Assembly: GCA_903842795.1 (NCBI GenBank)
Contig: CAIMNJ010000018.1
Coordinates: forward strand, 3,246 to 67,245
Direction: 5' to 3'
DNA length: 64,000 nucleotides
Source: an uncultured bacterium
GTDB lineage: Bacteria; Patescibacteriota; Microgenomatia; UBA1400; PJMF01
Both the position numbers and the translations under genes were made by a program. The notes beneath the pieces were generated by a model that saw only the letters and a program-made list of their open reading frames with translations, had not been told where the DNA came from and searched no databases. This document shows, one piece after another, positions 9,151 to 18,778 of this stretch (positions are counted from its first letter, which is position 1; each line of letters starts with the position of its first letter).

Positions 9151-10592
9151 AATGTTTTCTTTGGAAAAGCTTTAAAAATAACCATCGACATAAAATACAT
9201 CATAACACAAACCCAATAGGCATTTATGGCCAGAACCCAAGTTAAACCATAATGGAAGAAATGGAAAAATGCTGCACCTAAAGCTGAAATCAAAAAAGAC
9301 AATTGAGGAATAACCAAAACAATATTTTTTCTTGGTTTTAATCCTTTTGGTGTCACCTTATAAATTGGTTTTTTATAAAGAAGAGCTTTGATAAAAGCCT
9401 TAAAGTAAATAGGAAAAAGTCCAGCCCACATTTTCATTGATCCTGTACCTTTAGAAAAGCTCGAAAACATTTTTAAAGAAATATAAAAAGATGGAATTCT
9501 CAATAATAAGTACCACTCCTTACCTAAAACAATAATCGGATCGTTAGCTAACAAAGAATAAATATTCATTAAATAAATCATTGGAAAAATTAAGCCACTC
9601 ACAATATATGAATAACCAATTTCAAAATATTGCATACGTTGAGAAAAATTTAATCCCTTTCTAAAAAGTGGATTCTTATAAATTAAAAGACGTAATGTAT
9701 CTTGAGCCCATAAGCCTCGTTGTTTATAAATGGCCGCCAAATCAGTCGGAGCATCTCCGTGAGTAAAACTCTGAGAAACATAAACAGATGAATAGCCACT
9801 GCTATTTAAAACATAAGAGGTGCATAAATCTTCGACAATATTCCATTCTTGAAAACCACCAATTTTATCTAATGCTGATCTGCGATAAATTACTCCTGAA
9901 CCGCAACTAATTCCCACTCCATAACTATTTTTACCTGTTTGCATGTATTCGTAAAATAAATTTTCATGATTAAAATCATCTCTATCTACATCAAAACCCT
10001 GTCTCGTAGACACGAAGCCAAGCTTCTCGTCTTTAAAAAACCCAAGCAATTCATCTAGAATATTTGGATTGACTTGCATGTCCGCATCTAAGGTCAAAAT
10101 GAAATTGCCGTAAGCATTTTTCAGGCCGTAATTTAAATTGGCAGCTTTATAAGGCAATAATTCTCTATTTTCCCTAGAAAGATAAGTACATTCATATTTC
10201 TCAGTTAATTTTTTGACTTCTTTTCTACCACCATCATCCAAAACATAAATTCTTTTGTTTGGATAAAATATTTCAGTCGCTGATTTGAGAGTTTTTTCAA
10301 AAAGCTTAATGTCTTCATTTTTAATGGTCAAAAATATATCCACAATTGGTCTAATAGAGTGCGGACCTCCACTTAACACGTATTTTCTTTTTCTACTATT
10401 AAAAATAAAAACAAAAGTTAATAAAATTATTCCTGCTTCCAAAATTACAAATAGCGGATTTGATTTGGTAAATAAAAGCCAAATCAAATAAATAAGATTT
10501 GTGACAAATGTAATTATTGCTAAACGACGAAATGGATTCATATTGTAAACAAAATTCATTATATTGATAATTATTTGATTTATATAGTGCAA
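9147..10592 (-). CDS. Membrane-embedded family-2 glycosyltransferase with processive-synthase-like topology
   Basis: N-terminal TM helices, then a GT-A domain with VLDDGG and LDADMQV (D,D,D motifs) and a QRGLW region, then about five C-terminal TM helices (layout like BcsA, chitin or hyaluronan synthase). The true start may be a downstream Met. Confidence 0.7.
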   Translation of the reverse strand: MHYINQIIINIMNFVYNMNPFRRLAIITFVTNLIYLIWLLFTKSNPLFVILEAGIILLTFVFIFNSRKRKYVLSGGPHSIRPIVDIFLTIKNEDIKLFEKTLKSATEIFYPNKRIYVLDDGGRKEVKKLTEKYECTYLSRENRELLPYKAANLNYGLKNAYGNFILTLDADMQVNPNILDELLGFFKDEKLGFVSTRQGFDVDRDDFNHENLFYEYMQTGKNSYGVGISCGSGVIYRRSALDKIGGFQEWNIVEDLCTSYVLNSSGYSSVYVSQSFTHGDAPTDLAAIYKQRGLWAQDTLRLLIYKNPLFRKGLNFSQRMQYFEIGYSYIVSGLIFPMIYLMNIYSLLANDPIIVLGKEWYLLLRIPSFYISLKMFSSFSKGTGSMKMWAGLFPIYFKAFIKALLYKKPIYKVTPKGLKPRKNIVLVIPQLSFLISALGAAFFHFFHYGLTWVLAINAYWVCVMMYFMSMVIFKAFPKKTL

Positions 10593-10633
10593 TCTAGATT
10601 AGAAGCTAATAGAATAGTGTCAGAATTAATTCT

Positions 10634-12625
10634 ATGAAAAAAATTTTCCCATATTTTTTATTAGTTTTAATCATTTGCATTGCAACTTACTTTTCCAGAC
10701 ATTTTTTGCTAAATAAGCAAGATACAAATTATTTGTTGGATAGATTTGCTCATTCTCAATGGTCAATCCCCCTAAGCACTAGAAAAATTTCTGATGACCA
10801 ACTCTATTATGTTGCCGCAATAAGGCTGTCTAAAGGAGACAATCCGTTTAACATTAATCCAGAAGTTCCTCCTCTTGGAAAATATCTATATGCTCTTGGA
10901 ATAATTTATTTCAATAACCCATATATTGTTTCATTAATTTTATTTGTTATGATTATTCTTTTGACAGTTTATTTGTCTAAAATAATAACCAAAAACATTG
11001 AAATATCAATTTTAGCTGGAATACTAGTTGCATCTTCTCCCGCTTTTGCTTCTCAAATTTCAGTTACCATGCTGGAATTACCATTAACATTTTTTTTGCT
11101 ATTGCATATTTATTGTTTGTTTAAATATCAGAATACAAACAATAAATATAAAAAAAATATTTTAATGATAATTTCTGGAATTGCTTTTGGTGGATTTGCT
11201 GCCACAAAATTTCCACTTTTTGTACCGATTTTATTGGTAACAGATTTTTGGTTTTTTTATAAAAATAAAGATTTTTTAAATTTTTTCTTAATGAGTTCTA
11301 TCGCTTTTATATTTTATATGGCAAGTTATTTACAATATTTTTTATTGGGTCACTCTTTAATTGAATGGGCACGTTCAATTTATTGGACCATGAAATTCTA
11401 CGCCAACTCAAATGGTGATCACACATTTTTACAATTATTACCAACAATTTTCATTGGCCAATATTGGAATGGAAATAAAATAAAAGTTTTAGAATGGACA
11501 ATTCTCTGGCCAATAATTTTTGTTTATTTTATTTTTTCATTTTTTAAATCAAAAAAAATAAAAAATAATTTACAAAAAAAATATTTAATTGTTTTTTCAT
11601 TTTTATATTCTTTACTATTGTTATTCGTAGATTTTAGAGCCAGATATTTTTTTCCATTGATACCAATACTATCAATCATATTGATAACCATCTTTATCGA
11701 TAAAATCAAAATAAGAAAATTTGTATTATTAGCATTGCTAACAATTATTTTTGGACAATTAATAATCTTCTTCAGAACTGGACCAGAAGATACAATCTCT
11801 CAAATTAAAGAAAATTGGAATGAAAGTCATTATCAGGAAGTTTATTCATTTCTAAATCCTCAATCAGTAAAATTAAGCAGAGATGAATTCCATAAAGTTT
11901 TAAATAAAGAAATTGATCAAAATTTGATGGTCAATAGGCAGAAAATAGATATAAATTTTGAAAAAAATTCTCTGTGGAAAAATGAACTGAATGCCATTGT
12001 CACAATAAACCGTGAAACAGAATTTGGAGACATAACAAATCAATACCCAACCACATTAAAAAGAATAGAAAATAAATGGTTTTTAAACTGGCAATGGAAT
12101 TTCGTAGTTAAAGACTTTGAACCAAACTGCAATCTCTCTTTTCAATCTTCTAAAGAAAAGGGCAAATTAATTACAAACGAAAATATAATTCTTTCTCAAT
12201 TTGCAGAAGTTGAATATACTCGTTTAAATTTAACAAATTTAAAAAATACTCCAGAAAATTTTTCTGCTTTTGCAGAAGTAATCAATAATCTTTATCCTGT
12301 TGCAGAAGATATATTGCAAAATAAAACCAATGGCAGAGAATGGCTAAATTTAGAAGTTGAAAGAAAAAATATCTCAACAAAATCTTCATTAAATCCATAC
12401 ATCTCTAGTTGGTATAAACAAACCAGACAAACAACTCTAAATTTTAATAACAAACAATTAAATAAAATTCAGGAAATTGAAAAGAATTATCCAGAATTGT
12501 TTGCCAAAGCTGGTGGAAAAATTAGCGTTAGTTGTCCAGATAAAAAATATCAAATAGAAATTCCAAGCAAAAGAAAAGATGTCATTTTAAATGAAAGTTT
12601 GCTTGATATTTTAAAAACAATATAA
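10634..12625 (+). CDS. GT-C fold membrane glycosyltransferase (PMT/ArnT family 39/83-like) with C-terminal extracytoplasmic domain
   Basis: More than 10 TM helices in the first roughly 400 aa. A DD/DE loop lies after TM1. A roughly 260-aa hydrophilic C-terminal domain is present. Confidence 0.55.
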   Translation: MKKIFPYFLLVLIICIATYFSRHFLLNKQDTNYLLDRFAHSQWSIPLSTRKISDDQLYYVAAIRLSKGDNPFNINPEVPPLGKYLYALGIIYFNNPYIVSLILFVMIILLTVYLSKIITKNIEISILAGILVASSPAFASQISVTMLELPLTFFLLLHIYCLFKYQNTNNKYKKNILMIISGIAFGGFAATKFPLFVPILLVTDFWFFYKNKDFLNFFLMSSIAFIFYMASYLQYFLLGHSLIEWARSIYWTMKFYANSNGDHTFLQLLPTIFIGQYWNGNKIKVLEWTILWPIIFVYFIFSFFKSKKIKNNLQKKYLIVFSFLYSLLLLFVDFRARYFFPLIPILSIILITIFIDKIKIRKFVLLALLTIIFGQLIIFFRTGPEDTISQIKENWNESHYQEVYSFLNPQSVKLSRDEFHKVLNKEIDQNLMVNRQKIDINFEKNSLWKNELNAIVTINRETEFGDITNQYPTTLKRIENKWFLNWQWNFVVKDFEPNCNLSFQSSKEKGKLITNENIILSQFAEVEYTRLNLTNLKNTPENFSAFAEVINNLYPVAEDILQNKTNGREWLNLEVERKNISTKSSLNPYISSWYKQTRQTTLNFNNKQLNKIQEIEKNYPELFAKAGGKISVSCPDKKYQIEIPSKRKDVILNESLLDILKTI

Positions 12626-12634
12626 TCAAAAACT

Positions 12635-13660
12635 GTGCAAAAAATTTTTCTATCACTTTATCGAACCAATATTATCAAAGGTCTTGCCATTATTGCCGTA
12701 GTTCTACTACATGTTCTTGCCTACCCAAAGGGCATCTATCATTCTGATCAGCAAATATTTTTTATTTCGCTGGACCAATTGGCTAGATTTTGTATGCCAG
12801 CTTTTATTATGCTTTCTGGATATGGCCTAGCCTTTAAATATGAGAAAGAAAAAATCATTTACGCCGATTATCTAAAAAAAAGAATTTGGAAATTATTTCC
12901 ACTTTATGTGGTGTGGAGCATCACTTCAATTTTGATTATCAAATCTATTCCAGCCTGGTCATTTGGCAACCAACCAATTTCTTTGGTTGTGCAATTTCTT
13001 CTAGGCCAAGCAGACTATCAATTATATTTTTTGCCAGTCATTTTTCAACTCTATGCTCTTTTTCCATTACTATGGTTGCTAAGAAAAAGACCAAATTTAT
13101 TGCTACTTGGTGCAGCAACAATCCAAATCGCACTTTTCACTTTCTATGCTTCTAAAATCACTAACAGCGACCGCTTTGAATACGTCTTGTCTTTATCATG
13201 GTTACTTTACTTTGTTTTTGGTATTTACTTAAAAATTCAAGAATTACCAAAAATAATCATCAAATTAGCTTGGCCACTTAGTCTTATTTTTTTTGCAATC
13301 ATTGCTTTCGACAGCTTAAGGCAAATTAATTCTGGTATCGATCCATTGCCAGCTCTAAAATTTACAAGATTGTTAATCATTCCTTTTGGTCTGAGTTTTA
13401 ATCTTGCTTTGATCGTCACCAGAATTAATATCAATAATTTTTTCCAAAAAACTATTTTTAAATTTCTTGCTTGGTGTGGAAAGAATTCTTATCTAATTTT
13501 TCTTTCGCACACCATTGGCTTAAGAATTGCCTACGCTGTCATCACTAAACAATTACCACTTTTCACTATTGTTGGTCTTATTATTGCTTGGGTGATAATT
13601 ATTTTTATAAGCAACAAAATGCTTAGTGAGAAGAAAATAAAAGCTGTCATTAATAAGTAA
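12635..13660 (+). CDS. Acyltransferase family 3 membrane protein (OatA/WecH-like O-acyltransferase)
   Basis: GTG start. The N-terminal NIIKGLAIIAVVLLHV motif is typical of Acyltransferase_3. About 10 TM helices. Size 341 aa. Confidence 0.65.
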   Translation: MQKIFLSLYRTNIIKGLAIIAVVLLHVLAYPKGIYHSDQQIFFISLDQLARFCMPAFIMLSGYGLAFKYEKEKIIYADYLKKRIWKLFPLYVVWSITSILIIKSIPAWSFGNQPISLVVQFLLGQADYQLYFLPVIFQLYALFPLLWLLRKRPNLLLLGAATIQIALFTFYASKITNSDRFEYVLSLSWLLYFVFGIYLKIQELPKIIIKLAWPLSLIFFAIIAFDSLRQINSGIDPLPALKFTRLLIIPFGLSFNLALIVTRININNFFQKTIFKFLAWCGKNSYLIFLSHTIGLRIAYAVITKQLPLFTIVGLIIAWVIIIFISNKMLSEKKIKAVINK

Positions 13661-13694
13661 TCTTTGATACAATCAGGCCTTGTTAAAATCAAAA

Positions 13695-13781
13695 GGAGGG
13701 ATCGCATAGTGGCCGAGTGCAGCGGTTTACTAAACCGCCATAGTGTAAAAACTATCCAGGGTTCGAATCCCTGTCCCTCCG
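13695..13781 (+). tRNA. Type II tRNA (Ser-like) with apparent anticodon ACU
   Basis: Acceptor GGAGGGA/TCCCTCC; anticodon stem GCGGT/ACCGC with loop TTACTAA (34-36 = ACT at 13729-13731); variable arm TAGT-GTAAAAA-ACTA; T-arm CAGGG-TTCGAAT-CCCTG; discriminator G. Confidence 0.7.
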
Positions 13782-13791
13782 CACAGTCAAT

Positions 13792-14142
13792 ATGCCAAAC
13801 CCCATTGACCTTTACATCGCTGCTTTTCCAGAAAAAACACAACTACTCTTACAAAAAGTGAGAGCCATAATTAAAGAAATCATTCCGCAAGCAGAAGAAA
13901 TCATTAGTTATGGCATTCCCACTTTTAATTTAAACAAAACACACGTTGTTCATTTCGCCGCTTTCAAAAATCACCTTGGTTTCTTCCCAACTCCTAGCGC
14001 CATTTCTGCTTTTACCAAAGAATTGGAAAATTACAAAACTTCCAAAGGCACTATTCAATTTTTATATAACCAAGAAATACCTTATGATTTAATTAAAAAA
14101 ATTGTTGCTTTTCGACTCAAAGAAGTAGAAAAATCAATTTAA
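13792..14142 (+). CDS. DUF1801 (YdhG-like) domain protein
   Basis: IDLYIAAFPEKTQ...ISYGIPTF...HVVHFAAFKNHLGFFP matches the DUF1801 pattern. Size 116 aa. Confidence 0.5.
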   Translation: MPNPIDLYIAAFPEKTQLLLQKVRAIIKEIIPQAEEIISYGIPTFNLNKTHVVHFAAFKNHLGFFPTPSAISAFTKELENYKTSKGTIQFLYNQEIPYDLIKKIVAFRLKEVEKSI

Positions 14143-15321
14143 AAAATTTTCATAAATATTTTCCACATCCTTATCTCCGCGACCAGAAAGATTAATTACT
14201 ACTACGTCGCTAGTTTTATATTTCTTGGCATACTTCAAAATGTAAGCTATTGCATGTGCTGATTCTAATGCTGGAATAATCCCTTCAGTTCTGGCCAATT
14301 CTACAAAAGCTGCTACCGCCTCTGCATCACTTATAGCGGCCAAACTTAAACGACCAGTAGATTTAAGCATACTTAGTTCTGGCCCAACCCCAGGATAATC
14401 CAAGCCAGAAGCTGCGCTGTAAGACTCAGCAATCTCACCAGTTTTGGTCAGCAAACTCAAGGTTTTGAAACCATGTAGAATTGCTGATTGACCAAGTGCC
14501 AAAGACAACCCATGGCGTCCAGACTTTTGACCTTTGCCAGCTGGTTCAACTGCTACTAATTGCACACTTACATCTTTAATAAATTCATACATTGCGCCTA
14601 AAGCATTACTACCACCACCCACACAAGCAACCACTGCAGTTGGCAAACAATTTTCAGCTTCCTGCAATTGAGAGCGAATTTCTTGACCAATTATTTTTTG
14701 AAAATCGCGCACCATTGTCGGATAGGGGTGTGGTCCAACTACAGAACCAAGCAAATAATGAGTATTTTGATGATCACTTAGAAAACTCTGCAAGGCTACA
14801 TCTACTGCATCTTTGAGTGTTCCTTGACCTTGGGTGACTGGAATAACTTTTGCTCCCAAAATTTTCATACGATAAACGTTAGCTTTTTGATTTTTTATAT
14901 CGCGAGCTCCCATGTAAATATCGCATTGCATGCCCAAATAAGCTGCAATTGTGGCAGTGGCCACACCATGCTGACCGGCACCAGTTTCAGCAATTAGTTT
15001 GGTTTTTCCCATGTGTTTAGCCAAGAGACCCTGACCAATCACATTATTAATTTTGTGAGCCCCAGTATGATTGAGGTCTTCTCTTTTCAAATAAATTTTT
15101 GGTCCTCCAAGTTTTGTCGTTAAATTTTTGGCGAAGTAAAGCAAACTGGGACGGTTAGCATAAACTTGATAAAAATGCTTTAACTCTGCTTGGAAAGCAG
15201 GATCATTTTTTAATTTTTCATAAGTTTTTGCTAAATCAGCAACAACTTTTTCCAACTCTTTTGGCAAAAATGATCCACCAAATTCACCAAAAAAACCAGT
15301 TTTATAAATATTTTTTTTCAT
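14134..15321 (-). CDS. trpB: Tryptophan synthase beta chain (TrpB1-type)
   Basis: GFFGEFGGSFLP N-terminus, PLP-lysine motif LNHTGAHKINN, GSVVGPHPYP and GGGSNA motifs. Size 395 aa. No trpA is adjacent. Confidence 0.9.
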   Translation of the reverse strand: MKKNIYKTGFFGEFGGSFLPKELEKVVADLAKTYEKLKNDPAFQAELKHFYQVYANRPSLLYFAKNLTTKLGGPKIYLKREDLNHTGAHKINNVIGQGLLAKHMGKTKLIAETGAGQHGVATATIAAYLGMQCDIYMGARDIKNQKANVYRMKILGAKVIPVTQGQGTLKDAVDVALQSFLSDHQNTHYLLGSVVGPHPYPTMVRDFQKIIGQEIRSQLQEAENCLPTAVVACVGGGSNALGAMYEFIKDVSVQLVAVEPAGKGQKSGRHGLSLALGQSAILHGFKTLSLLTKTGEIAESYSAASGLDYPGVGPELSMLKSTGRLSLAAISDAEAVAAFVELARTEGIIPALESAHAIAYILKYAKKYKTSDVVVINLSGRGDKDVENIYENFLN

Positions 15322-15398
15322 AAATAAAATCTTTCAAAGATAACACTCACTAAGAGTGTAATAAATAAATTAAATTGGAATAGAAAATATGGCTGGGG

Positions 15399-15665
15399 CT
15401 AACCCCACCATTTTTTATGAGAAGCGTTTTGTAAAAATTTAAACTTACCAATTTTTAGTTCATGAGATCCACGACTAACTGTAGCAACACCCACATTGAG
15501 AATTTGAGCAATTTCTCTTTGTGATAAACCTTGCTTAAGTAATTTGACAATTTGCAAACGTTTATTAAGTTCTAACAATTCATCAGGCGTAAAAAGACTA
15601 AGCAAAAAATCATCAGCTTGCTGCTCAGTCTTTAAATCAGTAATAATTCTAGATAGTGTTCTCAT
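15399..15665 (-). CDS. TrpR-family YerC/YecD-like DNA-binding protein
   Basis: FTPDELLELNKRLQIVKLLKQGLSQREIAQILNVGVATVSRGSHEL matches the TrpR-related YerC/YecD HTH. Size 88 aa. Confidence 0.6.
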   Translation of the reverse strand: MRTLSRIITDLKTEQQADDFLLSLFTPDELLELNKRLQIVKLLKQGLSQREIAQILNVGVATVSRGSHELKIGKFKFLQNASHKKWWG

Positions 15666-15760
15666 GTACTAGTACAGTATACTTTAACAAATAATAAAAA
15701 ACAAGCCTCAATTAAAAACTCTAGTTGCCTCTTAGACGTTTTTTGTTCATACTAGAGAAG

Positions 15761-17524
15761 ATGTCTGCCCAAGATAAATCTCATCAACACGTCAAGTTGT
15801 CTGAATTAGCTTCTACTGCCATAGCTGGCAACGACATTCTTTCTTCTTGTCTCTATGTCTCTGGAATTGCCATTTTGTTTGCTGGGGCCTGGGCACCATT
15901 TGTCTTTTTTGCCATCGTCATGGTGCTATTTTTTTATAAGCATGTTTACACAGAAGTAGTCGAAGCTCTACCCCTTAATGGCGGTGCTTACAACTGTCTA
16001 CTAAATGCCACCAGTAAATCGCCAGCTGCTATCGCCGGAGCGATGACCATCTTGTCTTATGTGGCTACCAGCGTGATTTCTGCCAAAACTGCCAGCGAAT
16101 ATCTACACACAGTAATGCACAATATTCCAGTTATTCCACTAACAGCTGGCATTATTATTTTCTTTGCCGCTCTAACTATTTCTGGAGTCAAAGATAGCGC
16201 CAAAGTAGCCAAAATAATTTTTGGCATTCACCTGCTCACTATGTTTTTATTTATTGCCTTAGGAATTATTTCTATCGTTAATAATGGCTGGGGATTAATT
16301 CCAGAAAATTTTGCTGCAACTACAAACATGTTTAGAGAACAAGGTGCTGCTAAATTATTGTTTTTCGCTTTTGCAGCTTCTTTACTTGGAGTTTCTGGAT
16401 TTGAAAGTAGCGCTAATTTTGTTGAAGAGCAACAACCTGGAGTATTTCGTAAAACCTTACGCAATATGTTAATGGGAGTTTGGTTTTTTAATCCACTGAT
16501 TACTTTCGTAGTTCTGGCCACTCTAAATTTGCCTGCTATCGCCAGTTCAAAAGATTTTGTTCTCTCAGAAGCTGCTAGTTTGCTTGGTGGTAAAGGCTTG
16601 CAATATTTAGTTGTAATTGATGCTTTCTTGGTTTTATCTGGAGCAGTCCTAGCTAGTTTTGTTGGTGCCACTGGCCTTCTTTATAGAATGACGCTTGATC
16701 ACTGTTTGCCCAGCACACTTCTCCTGCCAAAACTAAAGGCTAGAAACCAGAATGCCAATAGAATCATTATCGCCTTTGCTCTACTTTGCATTTCTATTCT
16801 TCTTATGACCAAAGGCAATCTATTATCTCTTGCTGGAGTTTACACAATTAGCTTTTTGGGAGTGATGACTTTTTTTGCCATTGGTAATTTGATCTTGCGT
16901 GAAACACGCTCTGATCTCAAAAGAACTTATCAAGGACCACTAATCTATGTCATCTTAGCAGCATTGGCAACTTTGGCCGGTATTGTTGGTAACATTTTAA
17001 TTGATCCAAAAAACTTAATGTATTTTTCAATTTATTTTGTGCCCGCAGTAATTATTACCCAAGGCATGATTTATCGCGATTATATCTTGGAAGCCATTCT
17101 TAAATATTCTAAGCGTTGGCCATGGATGCATGGAAAAATGGACAAATGGCTCAATCATGTTATTGGCCCAAGAATTATCCTGTTTGCTCATCATCCACAA
17201 AAACTTTACAAATCATTAGAATACATTCGTAAAAACGAAACTAGCCGTCGCATTACAGTGGTTTTTTGTCAGCCAGATGTAGAAGTAGCCAAAAAATGGA
17301 CCAAAACTTTTGGTGAATACGTCAATTTTTTCAAAGAAGCTGGCGTATTCAAGCAACTAAATATTGACTTGAATATTGAACCGAAATTAGCTTTTGGACC
17401 AGAAGTCGTAAAGACTTATTCAAATCGCTACCGTGTACCACACAACAATATTTTCATTGGCTCTGTCCATGAAAAACATGATTTTAGCTTTGAAGATTTG
17501 GGTGGCGTAAGAATTATTCAATAA
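15761..17524 (+). CDS. APC-family amino acid permease with roughly 140-aa C-terminal cytoplasmic extension
   Basis: About 12 TM helices with APC-like glycine-rich segments. The ATG at 15761, preceded by AGAGAAG, is preferred over the TTG at 15725. Confidence 0.7.
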   Translation: MSAQDKSHQHVKLSELASTAIAGNDILSSCLYVSGIAILFAGAWAPFVFFAIVMVLFFYKHVYTEVVEALPLNGGAYNCLLNATSKSPAAIAGAMTILSYVATSVISAKTASEYLHTVMHNIPVIPLTAGIIIFFAALTISGVKDSAKVAKIIFGIHLLTMFLFIALGIISIVNNGWGLIPENFAATTNMFREQGAAKLLFFAFAASLLGVSGFESSANFVEEQQPGVFRKTLRNMLMGVWFFNPLITFVVLATLNLPAIASSKDFVLSEAASLLGGKGLQYLVVIDAFLVLSGAVLASFVGATGLLYRMTLDHCLPSTLLLPKLKARNQNANRIIIAFALLCISILLMTKGNLLSLAGVYTISFLGVMTFFAIGNLILRETRSDLKRTYQGPLIYVILAALATLAGIVGNILIDPKNLMYFSIYFVPAVIITQGMIYRDYILEAILKYSKRWPWMHGKMDKWLNHVIGPRIILFAHHPQKLYKSLEYIRKNETSRRITVVFCQPDVEVAKKWTKTFGEYVNFFKEAGVFKQLNIDLNIEPKLAFGPEVVKTYSNRYRVPHNNIFIGSVHEKHDFSFEDLGGVRIIQ

Positions 17525-17584
17525 TTTTACTCAACTATTTTTCAGCTTTTGCTAGTAAAGTTTTTGATGTTAGAATGGTCGCTT

Positions 17585-18772
17585 ATGTCCAAAAAACTCT
17601 ATGATGAATCTGTTCAAATCCATCGTCAACACGTTGGCAAATTGGCTACCATAGCTATTTGCGAGGTAAAGGATAAGCACGATCTTTCTCTCCTTTATAC
17701 TCCTGGAGTCGCTGAACCATGTCGTGTTATAGAAAAAGATAAAGAAGAATCGTTCAAGCTAACTTCTCGTGGTCGTACTGTTGCCGTTATTTCTGATGGC
17801 TCTGCTGTCCTTGGACTTGGCAATATTGGTCCCGAAGCTTCTTTACCTGTGATGGAAGGCAAGGCTCTACTCATGAAAGAATTTGCTGGCGTAGATGCTG
17901 TGCCAATCGCTATTAGCACTCAAGACCCACACGAAATTGCCCAATTTATTCGTCATATTGCTCCATCTTTTGTAGGCATCAATATCGAGGATATATCTGC
18001 CCCTCGCTGTTTTGATATTGAAACCGAACTTCAAGATCTTGGTATTACCGTTTTCCACGATGATCAACATGGCACTGCCATTGTTGTTTCTGCTGCTCTA
18101 CATAATGCTGCCAAAGTCATTGATAAAAAATTTGAAGATCTTAAAGTAGTTGTTGTTGGTGCGGGCGCCGCTGGCATGGCTGTTTCTCTTATGCTCCTTG
18201 GTATTGAAATGGACAGCAATGGTTGTCGCAAAGTTGATGGTGTACAAAAAGTTGGAGATTTAATTTTGATTGATAGTAAAGGCGCCATTAATGAATTTAG
18301 AACCGACTTAGACAAACATAAACAGTGTATTGCGGCCCACTCTAACAAAAACCAAGTTGGCGGTTCGCTGGCAGAAGCAATTAAAGGAGCTGACGTAGTT
18401 ATTGGCGTTTCTAGAGCCAACCTCATCACTCAAGATATGGTCAAAAGCATGACCAAAGATGCTATTGTTTTTGCCATGGCCAATCCTGAACCAGAAATTA
18501 TGCCTGACTTAGCTATGGCAGCTGGCGCCGCTATTGTCGCTACTGGTCGCAGTGATTTTAAAAATCAAATCAATAATGTTTTGGCTTTTCCTGGTGTTTT
18601 TCGTGCCGTTGTTGATGGTCGTCTGCCAAGAATCACTACTCAAATGAAGCATGCAGCAGCGCAAGCTATTGCTGATTTGGTAAAAGAACCAAATGCAGAA
18701 AAAATTATTCCTGAGCCATTTGAGCCAAATGTTGCAAAAGTTGTCAGTCAAGCAATTTTGCGAGTAAAATAA
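17585..18772 (+). CDS. maeB: NAD(P)-dependent malic enzyme (short form)
   Basis: DLSLLYTPGVAEPC, VLGLGNIGPEA and Rossmann VVVGAGAAGMA motifs. Start set at MSKKLYDES by alignment to short malic enzymes. Confidence 0.85.
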   Translation: MSKKLYDESVQIHRQHVGKLATIAICEVKDKHDLSLLYTPGVAEPCRVIEKDKEESFKLTSRGRTVAVISDGSAVLGLGNIGPEASLPVMEGKALLMKEFAGVDAVPIAISTQDPHEIAQFIRHIAPSFVGINIEDISAPRCFDIETELQDLGITVFHDDQHGTAIVVSAALHNAAKVIDKKFEDLKVVVVGAGAAGMAVSLMLLGIEMDSNGCRKVDGVQKVGDLILIDSKGAINEFRTDLDKHKQCIAAHSNKNQVGGSLAEAIKGADVVIGVSRANLITQDMVKSMTKDAIVFAMANPEPEIMPDLAMAAGAAIVATGRSDFKNQINNVLAFPGVFRAVVDGRLPRITTQMKHAAAQAIADLVKEPNAEKIIPEPFEPNVAKVVSQAILRVK

Positions 18773-18778
18773 AGCCAT

